Of a stretch of DNA of 64,000 nt, positions 48,905 through 57,766 are shown piece after piece (position 1 is the stretch's first letter; each line of letters begins with the position of its first letter). A program made the translations under genes and the position numbers. Location: the NCBI GenBank assembly GCA_024405635.1, contig JAKSOL010000006.1:46136-110135 (forward strand). The letters are read 5' to 3'. The DNA is from Salinivirgaceae bacterium. Its GTDB lineage: Bacteria > Bacteroidota > Bacteroidia > Bacteroidales > SZUA-534. The notes beneath the pieces are model-generated. The model searched no databases, had not been told where the DNA came from, and saw only the letters and a program-made list of their open reading frames with translations.

Positions 48905-49951
48905 ATGACGTTTAAGCTAAACGATACACTGATTGATACCGAAAACTTTTCGGCAGAAAATGTACGGCAAGCTTTGGGCAACACCGAAGGAAACAACGAA
49001 ATTGTTGACTTTTTAGAACGTTGGTGCAACAAAAGTGCAACCATAACACTTAAAACATCGGGCTCAACGGGAACGCCAAAGGTAATTGAGGCTCAAAAAA
49101 CGCACATGCTAGCATCTGCAAAACGCACTTGCAGTTTCTTTGGTTTAGAACCAAAATCGATTATGCTACTATGCTTGCCTGCTACTTACATAGCTGGACA
49201 AATGATGATTGTGCGCGCAATGGTTTCGGGCGCCAATTTGCTTGTAGTTTCACCTCGCGGAAACATTGTTGATCAAATAAATCAACCCATTGATTTTGCT
49301 GCAATGGTGCCAAATCAAGTGCTAAAAAACTTGACTTCAGCACAAAAATTCAACCAAATAAAAACATTAATAATTGGTGGTGGTAAAGTAGGGTATAACA
49401 TTGTAAATCAGCTATCTGAAATAACCACAACTTGCTACGAAACTTTCGGAATGACCGAAACGCTATCGCACATTGCGGTGCGAAAAATTTGGCCAAATGT
49501 TCAGCCTAATTTTGTAGCCTTTGATGGAGTTTTGGTTTCGGCAACAAACAACAACAATCTCGTCATTTCCGATAACAGTTTGAACATCAGCCAAATGCAA
49601 ACAAACGACATTGTGCGAATAATATCCGCAACCGAATTTGAATGGCTTGGTCGCACCGATTTTGTAATAAACAGCGGAGGCATAAAAACATCGCCCGAAA
49701 GCATTGAACAAATACTTGAACCGTTGATTGGCAAGCAGTTATGTATCACATCAAAGCCCGATGAAAAACTGGGTAACCGCATTGTGCTTGTGGTTGAAGG
49801 TGAAAAAACCAACATTACCACACAACTCAACATATTGGAACAAAAAGTAAGTCGCTACAGCGTGCCAAAAGAAGTTATTTGGATTAACCAACTACCTCGC
49901 AATAAAAACGGCAAACTCGACCGCTTAGCTTTGAGCGATATGATAAAATAA
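48905..49951 (+). CDS. menE: o-succinylbenzoate-CoA ligase (short Bacteroidetes type)
   Basis: TSGSTGTPK, ETFGMTET, GRTDFVINSGGIK, NGKLDR. Start moved to the ATG at 48905. Confidence 0.88.
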   Translation: MTFKLNDTLIDTENFSAENVRQALGNTEGNNEIVDFLERWCNKSATITLKTSGSTGTPKVIEAQKTHMLASAKRTCSFFGLEPKSIMLLCLPATYIAGQMMIVRAMVSGANLLVVSPRGNIVDQINQPIDFAAMVPNQVLKNLTSAQKFNQIKTLIIGGGKVGYNIVNQLSEITTTCYETFGMTETLSHIAVRKIWPNVQPNFVAFDGVLVSATNNNNLVISDNSLNISQMQTNDIVRIISATEFEWLGRTDFVINSGGIKTSPESIEQILEPLIGKQLCITSKPDEKLGNRIVLVVEGEKTNITTQLNILEQKVSRYSVPKEVIWINQLPRNKNGKLDRLALSDMIK

Positions 49952-50000
49952 GTTGCTCACGCAAGCCAAAAAAAAACTATATTAGGAAAAAAATAATACT

Positions 50001-51473
50001 ATGGAACGCTCAGTTGTAATATTCAACCATCCGCTCATTCATCATAAACTATCGGTATTACGCAGCACCAAAACAGACTCAAAGCAATTTCGTGAACTGA
50101 TTACTGAAATTGCAGCGCTAATGATGTTTGACGCAACCAAAAACTTGCCACTTGAAAATGTTAACGTTGAAACACCATGCGGAACAGCACACTGCAAACA
50201 AATTGCAGGCAAAAAGCTGGTGTTTGTGCCCATTTTGCGAGCAGGTTTAGGCATGGTTGAAGGCGCTTTGCAAGTTGTACCAACCGCACGTGTTGGACAC
50301 ATTGGATTGAGCCGCGACGAGCAAACCCTATTGCCCGTTGAATATTACTGCAAATTGCCCCAAGATATTGACCAACGCGATGTGTTTGTGCTCGACCCCA
50401 TGCTAGCAACTGGAGGTTCGGCCATTGACGCTATTGGCCAAATTAAAAAACGCAATCCTCGCAGCATAAAATTCCTTTGCATAATAGCGGCTCCCGAAGG
50501 TCTTGAGGCTTTGAAAAATGCGCACCCCGATGTCGATATTTTCTGTGCTGGACTCGATGACCATTTGAACGAACACGGATACATTGTTCCTGGTCTTGGC
50601 GATGCTGGCGACCGCACCTTTGGAACTGTAGTAAAAGAATCGAAACAAGAGAGTAAAAAATCGTTGTGTACTGATGCTGGCGAACGCACCTTTGGAACTG
50701 TAGTAAAAGAAACGAAACAAAAGAGTAAAAAATCGTTGTGGATTTTTGCAAGCATAGCTGTATTGTTGTGTGCAGCGGTATTCTTATGCAAACCAACTTA
50801 CCACTACTGGAAAAAACATTTTCAAAGGAAAAACCATATTGGAATAGTCTCAAAGAACAATAATTCAAAAAACAACGGAAATTTCAACGGCATTGATGTG
50901 TCACATTATCAAGGTAACATTGACTGGAAATTAGTTTCACAAAACCCTAATATTCAATATGTGTATATTAAGGCAACCGAGGGTTCTACTAAGGTTGATC
51001 ATAAATACAAGAAAAACAATAGAGAGGCTCGTGAAATGGGCATGAAAGTAGGTGCCTACCATTTCTTTACAACAACAAGTAGCGCAAGAAAACAAGCAGA
51101 AAATTTCATTTCAAACGCACCTGTTAAAGATCAAGACCTTATCCCTATGATTGATTTTGAAAACAACAGAGGTAAATGGAGCAAAAAACAAATACGTGAT
51201 AGCTTAAACGTATTTATCGATATAATTAAAAAGCACTATGGAAAAGACCCTATTTTTTATAGTGTGAATTCTCACTTCAACAAGTATTTGGCGCAAGATT
51301 TTAACACATATCATTCAATGATAGGCAGATATAATAAAGGAAAACAACCTCCGACTGCAAATTATTCTATTTGGCAATATTCCGACCGTGGAAGAATAAA
51401 TGGCATTCCAAAATTTGTGGACTTGTCAAGATTTCACCCAAAATACAATATTGATATACTTCTCTTGAACTAA
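50001..51473 (+). CDS. upp: Uracil phosphoribosyltransferase fused via a TM helix to a GH25 muramidase
   Basis: aa 1-209: [35 protein letters not shown]. aa ~247-263 form a hydrophobic helix. From aa ~295: [31 protein letters not shown]. One continuous frame. Confidence 0.9.
   Translation: MERSVVIFNHPLIHHKLSVLRSTKTDSKQFRELITEIAALMMFDATKNLPLENVNVETPCGTAHCKQIAGKKLVFVPILRAGLGMVEGALQVVPTARVGHIGLSRDEQTLLPVEYYCKLPQDIDQRDVFVLDPMLATGGSAIDAIGQIKKRNPRSIKFLCIIAAPEGLEALKNAHPDVDIFCAGLDDHLNEHGYIVPGLGDAGDRTFGTVVKESKQESKKSLCTDAGERTFGTVVKETKQKSKKSLWIFASIAVLLCAAVFLCKPTYHYWKKHFQRKNHIGIVSKNNNSKNNGNFNGIDVSHYQGNIDWKLVSQNPNIQYVYIKATEGSTKVDHKYKKNNREAREMGMKVGAYHFFTTTSSARKQAENFISNAPVKDQDLIPMIDFENNRGKWSKKQIRDSLNVFIDIIKKHYGKDPIFYSVNSHFNKYLAQDFNTYHSMIGRYNKGKQPPTANYSIWQYSDRGRINGIPKFVDLSRFHPKYNIDILLLN
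50601..50740 (+). repeat. Tandem duplication (68-bp unit, 72-bp period, 3 mismatches) at the Upp/GH25 junction
   Basis: 50601-50668 against 50673-50740, encoding [22 protein letters not shown] and [22 protein letters not shown]. Confidence 0.95.
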
Positions 51474-51847
51474 TTACTCTTTTTCGGAACTTCGCTTGCA
51501 AGATATTCTGTATAATAAACGTGTTCTTTGTAGAAAACTTTTTCGTGTTCAATAAATGAACTTTCTTCGTCTTTACTCTTAAAGGTTATGCCTACCTTGC
51601 ATTTGCCTATTTTACCTATAAAATTCTTTGATTTAGCATTATGGTCGGAAATTCTTATCCTGTAACTGCCGTTAAGTTCGTCAACAGCATAATGCGAATT
51701 ATTTTTTGAAGTTTCTAATGGTGGTAATTTGCTTAAAACATATAGTATAAACACTAAATGGTCTGCTATTGGTTCTTTTTCCCAATTTGCAATTTTGCGC
51801 TCGAAAATTTTTATTGTTTTATTTATATTTTCTATATTTGCAGTCAA
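51470..51847 (-). CDS. Hypothetical protein (SHY...RIRISDHNA motif); probably the 3' part of a longer ORF
   Basis: TTG start. The frame stays open upstream to 52018. Confidence 0.5.
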   Translation of the reverse strand: MTANIENINKTIKIFERKIANWEKEPIADHLVFILYVLSKLPPLETSKNNSHYAVDELNGSYRIRISDHNAKSKNFIGKIGKCKVGITFKSKDEESSFIEHEKVFYKEHVYYTEYLASEVPKKSN

Positions 51848-52018
51848 CTCTCCCAGCGATGTTGCAGTAGTTGAAATATGACGAAATGCCCTCGCTGCCT
51901 TTGATAAAACGCCACTTAATTGCGTTGCTGTCGGTAGGACGGAAGTCCGAGATAGGGAGTTTTTAGAAATAATTATTTCTAAATCAAAGCCGTTAGTTCC
52001 TTTACTTTCGGCTTTTTT

Positions 52019-52288
52019 TTATGCTGCTATGCTGCTAAATGCACGTTCAATAATTGTATTGTAGTCGGTTATATTTTCGTCGTAGTACCATTTGTTGATT
52101 GTTACAAAATTTGGTAGTCCGTTTGGTGTAGTCCAAATAAACTCTACCGCACTTTCGGCTTTACTTTTTATTGCTTTGTATAGGCTTTTGCGTTGGTCGC
52201 CTGTGTAGTTTTGGTAGGCTAACCAACTTTTTATTGATTCTTTGTAAGCATCAATATAGCCTTGTGATTTGTTTTCAATCTTATTCAT
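52019..52288 (-). CDS. Hypothetical protein (89 aa); in frame with 51470-51847 across one TAA
   Basis: Its ATG overlaps the MFS stop. Its TAA is followed by 57 sense codons that lead into the next ORF. Confidence 0.5.
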   Translation of the reverse strand: MNKIENKSQGYIDAYKESIKSWLAYQNYTGDQRKSLYKAIKSKAESAVEFIWTTPNGLPNFVTINKWYYDENITDYNTIIERAFSSIAA

Positions 52289-53510
52289 AAACTTTCATAC
52301 CCATTCCCTTGTATTTTGTGCCCATAAGCCACAAAAAGCAACCTGCCGAAATGGTAATCAACGTTAGCATAAAACAGCACCAACCTCCAGTTGAAAGCAA
52401 CGAGCCGGTTGACGTGCCAAGTATCGACGACCCCAAATAATAGAATAACCAATACAGCGAAGTGGCTGAACTGCGTCCTTCTCCTGCATTTTGCGACACC
52501 GTGCGACTAGCCATTGCATGTGTTGCAAAAAAGTTGAAAGTAAACACACACAAACCTAAAACAAGCAACCATAGTTGTTGGCTCAACATCATTAGCTGAC
52601 CAATAATGCTGCCAGCAACAAAATAACGTATAAGCACACGGGTACTATGTTTGTCAGACAATCGGCCTGCATAAAGTGACCCCAAAATGCCCAAAATGTA
52701 CATAAAGAAAATGCTGGCAATAATGGTATGCGGCAACGAATAGGGCGGCGCCTCTAAATGAAAACCAGTGTAGTTGTAAATGCTCACAAATCCTCCCATA
52801 AGCAAAAACGCACACAAGTACATTTGAATCATCAACGGAGTGCGCAAATAACCACGCATCTGTTTAAATTTTGTGCCGATGCTGAATTTGCTAGGCGTAA
52901 AGTGTTGCGAACTTGGAAAAATGCGATAAAACACAATTGCAATGCTAAACGTAATTAAACCAACAACAAACAATGTAGCTCGCCAACCTATTAACCCCGA
53001 AAGAAAAGCTGACACAATTCGGCCCGACATGCCACCAACTGCGTTGCCCGACAAGTAAAGACTTATTGCCAATCCAATTATCTTTTCGTCAACCTCTTCG
53101 TTAAGGTAAGTTAAAGCCACTGCCGAAACGCCCGACAAAAGCGCTCCACGAACAAAACTCACAGCCGACAAGGTTGCAAACCATGGCACGAATGCCGAAA
53201 TAAGCGTTAAAATCGACGAACTGAACAACGCAAAAGTCATCAACTTTTTCCGCGACCAACTATCGGCTTTTAACGAAAAGAAAAACAAACCAAAAGCCAT
53301 TCCTGCTGTTGCCATCGATACCGACCAACTACTTGTAGCTGGTGCAATTCCAAAATCTTTGCACAAATGCGGCAACATTGGCTGAAAAATATATAGTTGC
53401 GCAAAGACTGCCAATCCTGTCAAAAAAATACCGCGCTTTATTCTTGCAAAGCGCAAACTGCCTTTTTGTGCTTTGGGTTTATTGTGCTGAATATGTTGTT
53501 GTAAATGCAT
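52281..53510 (-). CDS. MFS transporter (YnfM-like)
   Basis: About 12 TM segments; ADSWSRK and AGRLSDKHS motif A variants; GLYLSGNAVGGMSGR-like motif. Confidence 0.9.
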   Translation of the reverse strand: MHLQQHIQHNKPKAQKGSLRFARIKRGIFLTGLAVFAQLYIFQPMLPHLCKDFGIAPATSSWSVSMATAGMAFGLFFFSLKADSWSRKKLMTFALFSSSILTLISAFVPWFATLSAVSFVRGALLSGVSAVALTYLNEEVDEKIIGLAISLYLSGNAVGGMSGRIVSAFLSGLIGWRATLFVVGLITFSIAIVFYRIFPSSQHFTPSKFSIGTKFKQMRGYLRTPLMIQMYLCAFLLMGGFVSIYNYTGFHLEAPPYSLPHTIIASIFFMYILGILGSLYAGRLSDKHSTRVLIRYFVAGSIIGQLMMLSQQLWLLVLGLCVFTFNFFATHAMASRTVSQNAGEGRSSATSLYWLFYYLGSSILGTSTGSLLSTGGWCCFMLTLITISAGCFLWLMGTKYKGMGMKVYE

Positions 53511-53707
53511 TGTAGATACTTGTTTTTGCCCACAAAAGTACGTTTACACCTAACATTGAAAAGCAAATAAGTTGCACAATTATGAACAAAATAACTTCGC
53601 CCAAAAAACTGTAAGTTTATAGGTAAAAAAGGGTAGTTATTGGATTAAAATTCAGCAGAAAAAAAAATTTTTAAAAAATATTTCAAAAAAGATGTAACCC
53701 TAATGCT

Positions 53708-53715
53708 TACTTTTG
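53708..53715 (+). promoter_or_regulatory. -7 box with no downstream plus-strand ORF (candidate sRNA promoter)
   Basis: TACTTTTG matches TAnnTTTG. Confidence 0.55.
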
Positions 53716-53719
53716 CGTT

Positions 53720-53825
53720 ATAAGGACCAGAAAACAGAAAATGATTGTTGTTTTTCATAAGGTTTTTAGGTTGGTTAATTGGGTTATAGGTCTCCAAACG
53801 AAAGTGCGGAGGCCTTCTCTTTTTT
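53720..53825 (+). ncRNA. Candidate ~105-nt small RNA
   Basis: A -7 box lies immediately upstream. The body is U/G-rich. A 3' stem AGGTCTCC/GGAGGCCT with an AC-GAAA-GT cap is followed by TCTCTTTTTT. Both flanking genes are on the minus strand. Confidence 0.5.
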
Positions 53826-53881
53826 ATACGACCCAAGTTTTTTTCTGTTAACTACAACTAACAACCTTATTTAGGTTAAAA

Positions 53882-54298
53882 TCAACCATTTAGATTGGCT
53901 AAAGTTTGCTTAATAATTGGGAGGCACTCTTGTGCGGTTTGACAACCAATGCAAGCTGTTTCAATAGGGCAAAGTCCGTTTTTTGCTCGGTTTTGAATAG
54001 ATGGAACTAAGTTGTCGAAGGTTAATTGAACCGAATAGTTTAATAACAAATCAACAGCAGGTTGACTTATTGTTATTGCATGCAGTTGCTTTACTTTACC
54101 AATAACCATTAAAGCGGCTGCACCTTTGCCCACAACTTTGTCGGCTATTTGCGCGCCCACAAGAATATCAGGTTGATTTTCAAGCAAATGCAGCAAATCT
54201 TTAACTCCACGTTGCGTATATTGGCTAATTTGAGCTTGTTGATTACGAATTACCAACGAGCAGCCGCTTTCAATCAGTATTTGTTTAAGTTGTTGCAT
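53882..54298 (-). CDS. DUF1893 (TM1506-like) protein
   Basis: GVKDLL...ADKVVGKGAAALM...NR...GLCPIE. Confidence 0.88.
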   Translation of the reverse strand: MQQLKQILIESGCSLVIRNQQAQISQYTQRGVKDLLHLLENQPDILVGAQIADKVVGKGAAALMVIGKVKQLHAITISQPAVDLLLNYSVQLTFDNLVPSIQNRAKNGLCPIETACIGCQTAQECLPIIKQTLANLNG

Positions 54299-54364
54299 AA
54301 TAAAAGTGAATACTAACAATGGTTGCAATTTTAAATGTTTTAGTTTTTCTGCAAATACGTTTAT

Positions 54365-54402
54365 AAAAAAAGCGCCAATGCAAAATAAGCAAAGGCGCTT
54401 TT
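54365..54402 (-). terminator. Terminator after the GH43 gene
   Basis: AAAAGCGCC...GGCGCTTTT with a T7 run on the minus strand. Confidence 0.7.
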
Positions 54403-54421
54403 GAAACGTTAGGCTAATAAT

Positions 54422-56029
54422 TTACTTGTCAAGTACTTTAAATATAAAATCGTACAACTCGCAAATTGATGTGTTCGATTTTGAACTAAACACAATGAAA
54501 AAAGCTTGTTTGCCAGTCACTTTGCTAGTATTTAGCAAGGCGGTGAGTTCGGTTTCGACTTGTGGCATATCGGCTTTTAGTTGCATTTTACCAATCTCCA
54601 TTCCTCCTCGACTTTTCCATGGACTACCAACCATAAAAGTTAACTCGCCATCAACACCTTGAGGCATCAATCGCACTTTTAGTTCAGTCTTTTTGGCCGA
54701 ATTCAGTTTAGCAAAGTTGAAATATTTGTATCCAACAATTGACCCGTTAGTGTTATTTACCACAGGCGAATAAACTGTTTTGTGAGCCATTGGGGCTTGA
54801 TATGACGATGCATCAAAATAAACTGGTTTAATGTACGAGCCCGCGTAAACATAGTTAGGATAAACCTCTTTTGCTCCATCGGGATGTGTATGCCAGCAAG
54901 CCAAACCTGCCCATTGTCGAATAGTAGGATCGAGTCCTGCTGTTGCAAAACCTTGAGAGTTGTATTCGCCCTCGCTTATGGTTACTTTGCCGCCTTTACC
55001 TTTTTCAACCTTTACACTGATTGGCGCTACCATAGCTTGGCGTGCATAGCAGTCGGTGCCAATTTGGCGATGGTAAAAAACCCACCATTGGTTGCCAATT
55101 TTACAAATACTGCCATGTGTATTTCCGCCTGGCATAGCAGTTACAATAACATTTCCATTTTCGTCAGTTTCGCGTGCGCGGCAGTCGATAATTGTTCCAC
55201 CATAGGTAAATGGGCCCATTGGATTGTCGCTATATGCGTAGGCTAGAGTATAGTTGCATTTGTTTGGCAAACCAAATTCACCGGGTTCGGTGTAACGGCT
55301 GTAAATGAACACGTATTTGTCTTCGATTTTGCGGATTGACGAAGCCTCAAAAAAACGGGAAATGCCCTCTTGTTCGTGGCCGTTTACCATGTCTTCAACA
55401 ACACTTGTTCCAGCCTTAACGGTACACATTGTGGCAGGATCAAGCTCTGCAGCATACGAGCGATTAAATCCCCAGTAACCGTAAACTCGGCCATCGTCGT
55501 CAATAAGCACAGCAGGGTCAAAACCCAATGTGCCGTAACATTTAAACTTATCGTTTTCGTCCCAGTTGCAAACCTCAAATGGGCCATCGGGACGCGCTGA
55601 TTTGGCTATCATTGAATTTCGGCCACCTCCTTGATTGTTTGGATACAAATAGTAAGTCTTTACACCATTAGCATCAATGGCTTCGGTAACATCAGGAGCA
55701 TAAAGAATGTCGGCCTCGCCATTAGCATTAAGTTGCTGTCCATCAACGGTTTTATCAACCTTAAAAATTAAACCATCGTAACGCCAGTTGCTCAAATCGT
55801 CAACAGGAGCCGACCACACCACTTGGTCGCGACCACAGTACAAGTTTTTAAGCATGTCGTGCGATCCGTAAACATAAACTCGGTATTTGCCAGGACAATC
55901 AGGATCTTCAAATACATAAGGTTCGCCATCGGGTATAAACTCCCACAAAGGCAAATAAGGATTCTGAGCCGATGCAGTAATAACACACGCAACCGCAATG
56001 GCCAAAAAGGTAAAGAGTCGTTTTTTCAT
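54422..56029 (-). CDS. Secreted glycoside hydrolase family 43
   Basis: Signal peptide; IPDGEP (base), FDPAVLIDDDG, FFEASS (acid); C-terminal beta-sandwich. Confidence 0.88.
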   Translation of the reverse strand: MKKRLFTFLAIAVACVITASAQNPYLPLWEFIPDGEPYVFEDPDCPGKYRVYVYGSHDMLKNLYCGRDQVVWSAPVDDLSNWRYDGLIFKVDKTVDGQQLNANGEADILYAPDVTEAIDANGVKTYYLYPNNQGGGRNSMIAKSARPDGPFEVCNWDENDKFKCYGTLGFDPAVLIDDDGRVYGYWGFNRSYAAELDPATMCTVKAGTSVVEDMVNGHEQEGISRFFEASSIRKIEDKYVFIYSRYTEPGEFGLPNKCNYTLAYAYSDNPMGPFTYGGTIIDCRARETDENGNVIVTAMPGGNTHGSICKIGNQWWVFYHRQIGTDCYARQAMVAPISVKVEKGKGGKVTISEGEYNSQGFATAGLDPTIRQWAGLACWHTHPDGAKEVYPNYVYAGSYIKPVYFDASSYQAPMAHKTVYSPVVNNTNGSIVGYKYFNFAKLNSAKKTELKVRLMPQGVDGELTFMVGSPWKSRGGMEIGKMQLKADMPQVETELTALLNTSKVTGKQAFFIVFSSKSNTSICELYDFIFKVLDK

Positions 56030-56130
56030 TGTATGATTTTGTTTGAATTAAATTTTTGTGGCTCTAAACTATATTTTTTCTTTGCAATTGCGTTTGTCGC
56101 ACAATAAAGTTTTACGAAATACTAAAAATA

Positions 56131-56649
56131 TTGAATATGAAAGAGCTTACTGTTGAACAACTCAACGACAATGTATTTGAAACAATTGGCAAAGAATGGA
56201 TGATTGTTACCGCAGGTACAATTAACAAATACAACAACATGACAGCCTCGTGGGGCGGTTTGGGTTGGCTTTGGAACAAACCAGTTGCGTTTATCTTTAT
56301 TCGCCCCGAACGCCACACAATTGGGTTTATTGAAGAAGCAAACTCTTTAACGCTAAGTTTTTTAGGCAATAGCAAGCAGGCTCGCGACATATACAATTTG
56401 CTTGGTTCAAAATCAGGTCGTGATATTGATAAAATGCACATTGAAGGACTATCACCAATTGCAACCGAAAATAATAGTGTGGCTTATGCCGAAGCTCGAT
56501 TAACATTAAACTGCCGCAAATTATTTGTTACCGACATGAACGAATCAAACTTTATTGACAAAAGTCTTGTTGATCGTTGGTATGGCCCTAACAATGGATA
56601 CCATCGTATCTACGTGGTTGAAATTGAGAAAATTACAGCAAACGACTAA
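56131..56649 (+). CDS. Flavin reductase-like (flavoredoxin) protein
   Basis: NNMTASWGGLG.LWNKP...FIRPERHT, GSKSGRD.DK. Confidence 0.88.
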   Translation: MNMKELTVEQLNDNVFETIGKEWMIVTAGTINKYNNMTASWGGLGWLWNKPVAFIFIRPERHTIGFIEEANSLTLSFLGNSKQARDIYNLLGSKSGRDIDKMHIEGLSPIATENNSVAYAEARLTLNCRKLFVTDMNESNFIDKSLVDRWYGPNNGYHRIYVVEIEKITAND

Positions 56650-56679
56650 CTACATGTATAATTAAGAGTTAAAAGCATA

Positions 56680-57495
56680 TTGGTAAGAATAAGTGTAATA
56701 GTAGAAAACAATAGCACAAAGCCCAACATTATTGCTGAGCATGGTCTTAGTTTGTATATTGAGGCTTGTGGGCATCAATTTTTCTTTGACTTAGGACAAG
56801 GCCATTTATTTGCTCAAAACGCAGTATCAATGGGCATAAATGTTGCCGATGCTGAATTTGCAATAGTGTCGCATGGACACTACGACCATGGAGGAGGCAT
56901 TGCTAACTTTATGCAACTTAACAAAACAGCCAAGGTTTATCTGCACAGCGACGGCTTTGGCATGCATTACTCGCTGAAAGACAACAACTTTTATAAATAT
57001 ATTGGGCTTGACCAAACACTAGTTAACCACAAAAGAATAGAGTTAACAAATGGTGTGTTGCAATTAGCAAACGGACTAACACTTTTTAGCGGAATCCAAA
57101 ATAACAATTGCATATCGCCAGCCAATAACCTGATATTTAAAAAGGTAGGAGAGTGTTACATAAACGACAACTTTACTCACGAGCAAAGCCTAATTATTTC
57201 AGACGGTAACAACACAATTTTGCTAGCAGGTTGCGCCCATTCAGGCATACTGAACATTATAAACAAAGCTCAGCAAATTACACAAAGGCAAATCACACAC
57301 GTACTTTCAGGGTTTCACATTAAAGGTGTTGATAATAAAGAGTTTATAAGCAAAATGGCCAATCAACTTTTGCAAATAAATTGCAAATACTACACATGCC
57401 ATTGTACAGGCAACGAACAATATGCCCAATTAAAAGCCATAATGGGAAACCGCATTGAATATGCAACAGCAGGAACAGTGATAGAGATTGAATGA
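56680..57495 (+). CDS. MBL-fold metallo-hydrolase (dihydropterin-synthase-like subgroup)
   Basis: AEHGLSLYIE, SHGHYDHGGG, HEQSL, GCAHSG, CHCTG; TTG start. Confidence 0.88.
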   Translation: MVRISVIVENNSTKPNIIAEHGLSLYIEACGHQFFFDLGQGHLFAQNAVSMGINVADAEFAIVSHGHYDHGGGIANFMQLNKTAKVYLHSDGFGMHYSLKDNNFYKYIGLDQTLVNHKRIELTNGVLQLANGLTLFSGIQNNNCISPANNLIFKKVGECYINDNFTHEQSLIISDGNNTILLAGCAHSGILNIINKAQQITQRQITHVLSGFHIKGVDNKEFISKMANQLLQINCKYYTCHCTGNEQYAQLKAIMGNRIEYATAGTVIEIE

Positions 57496-57680
57496 TGCAA
57501 ACTGTTCAATTATTCACAATTTGATGCATATATTCATATTTTTCTGCAAAAATATACAAAAAATATGCAAAAAGTATCAATTAAAAAAAGCGCAAAAATC
57601 AGTTAAGCAGTGAATTTTAATAAGGAAAAATTAACATCTCAAGGCAAAAAAATTGATACACAAAATGTGCATTTTATTAT

Positions 57681-57688
57681 TACCTTTG
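57681..57688 (+). promoter_or_regulatory. -7 box of the acn-icd-gltA operon
   Basis: TACCTTTG. Confidence 0.6.
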
Positions 57689-57766
57689 CGAAAAAGATAA
57701 GATAGGGTTACAAATTCAGCTAACACCTTGAAATTGAATAAAAATAACAAACTAAATAAACACCAA

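Noticed and set aside
53645-53836. 63-aa minus-strand ORF (MGRIKK.../MKNNNHF...)
   Set aside because: The -7 box and the U-tailed hairpin are both oriented for plus-strand transcription and the peptide has no features. It is kept only as the alternative to the sRNA model.
57502-57519. Possible Rex operator (CTGTTCA-ATTA-TTCACAA) upstream of aconitase
   Set aside because: Only the right half matches TTGTGAA-n4-TTCACAA, and it lies about 160 nt from the promoter.
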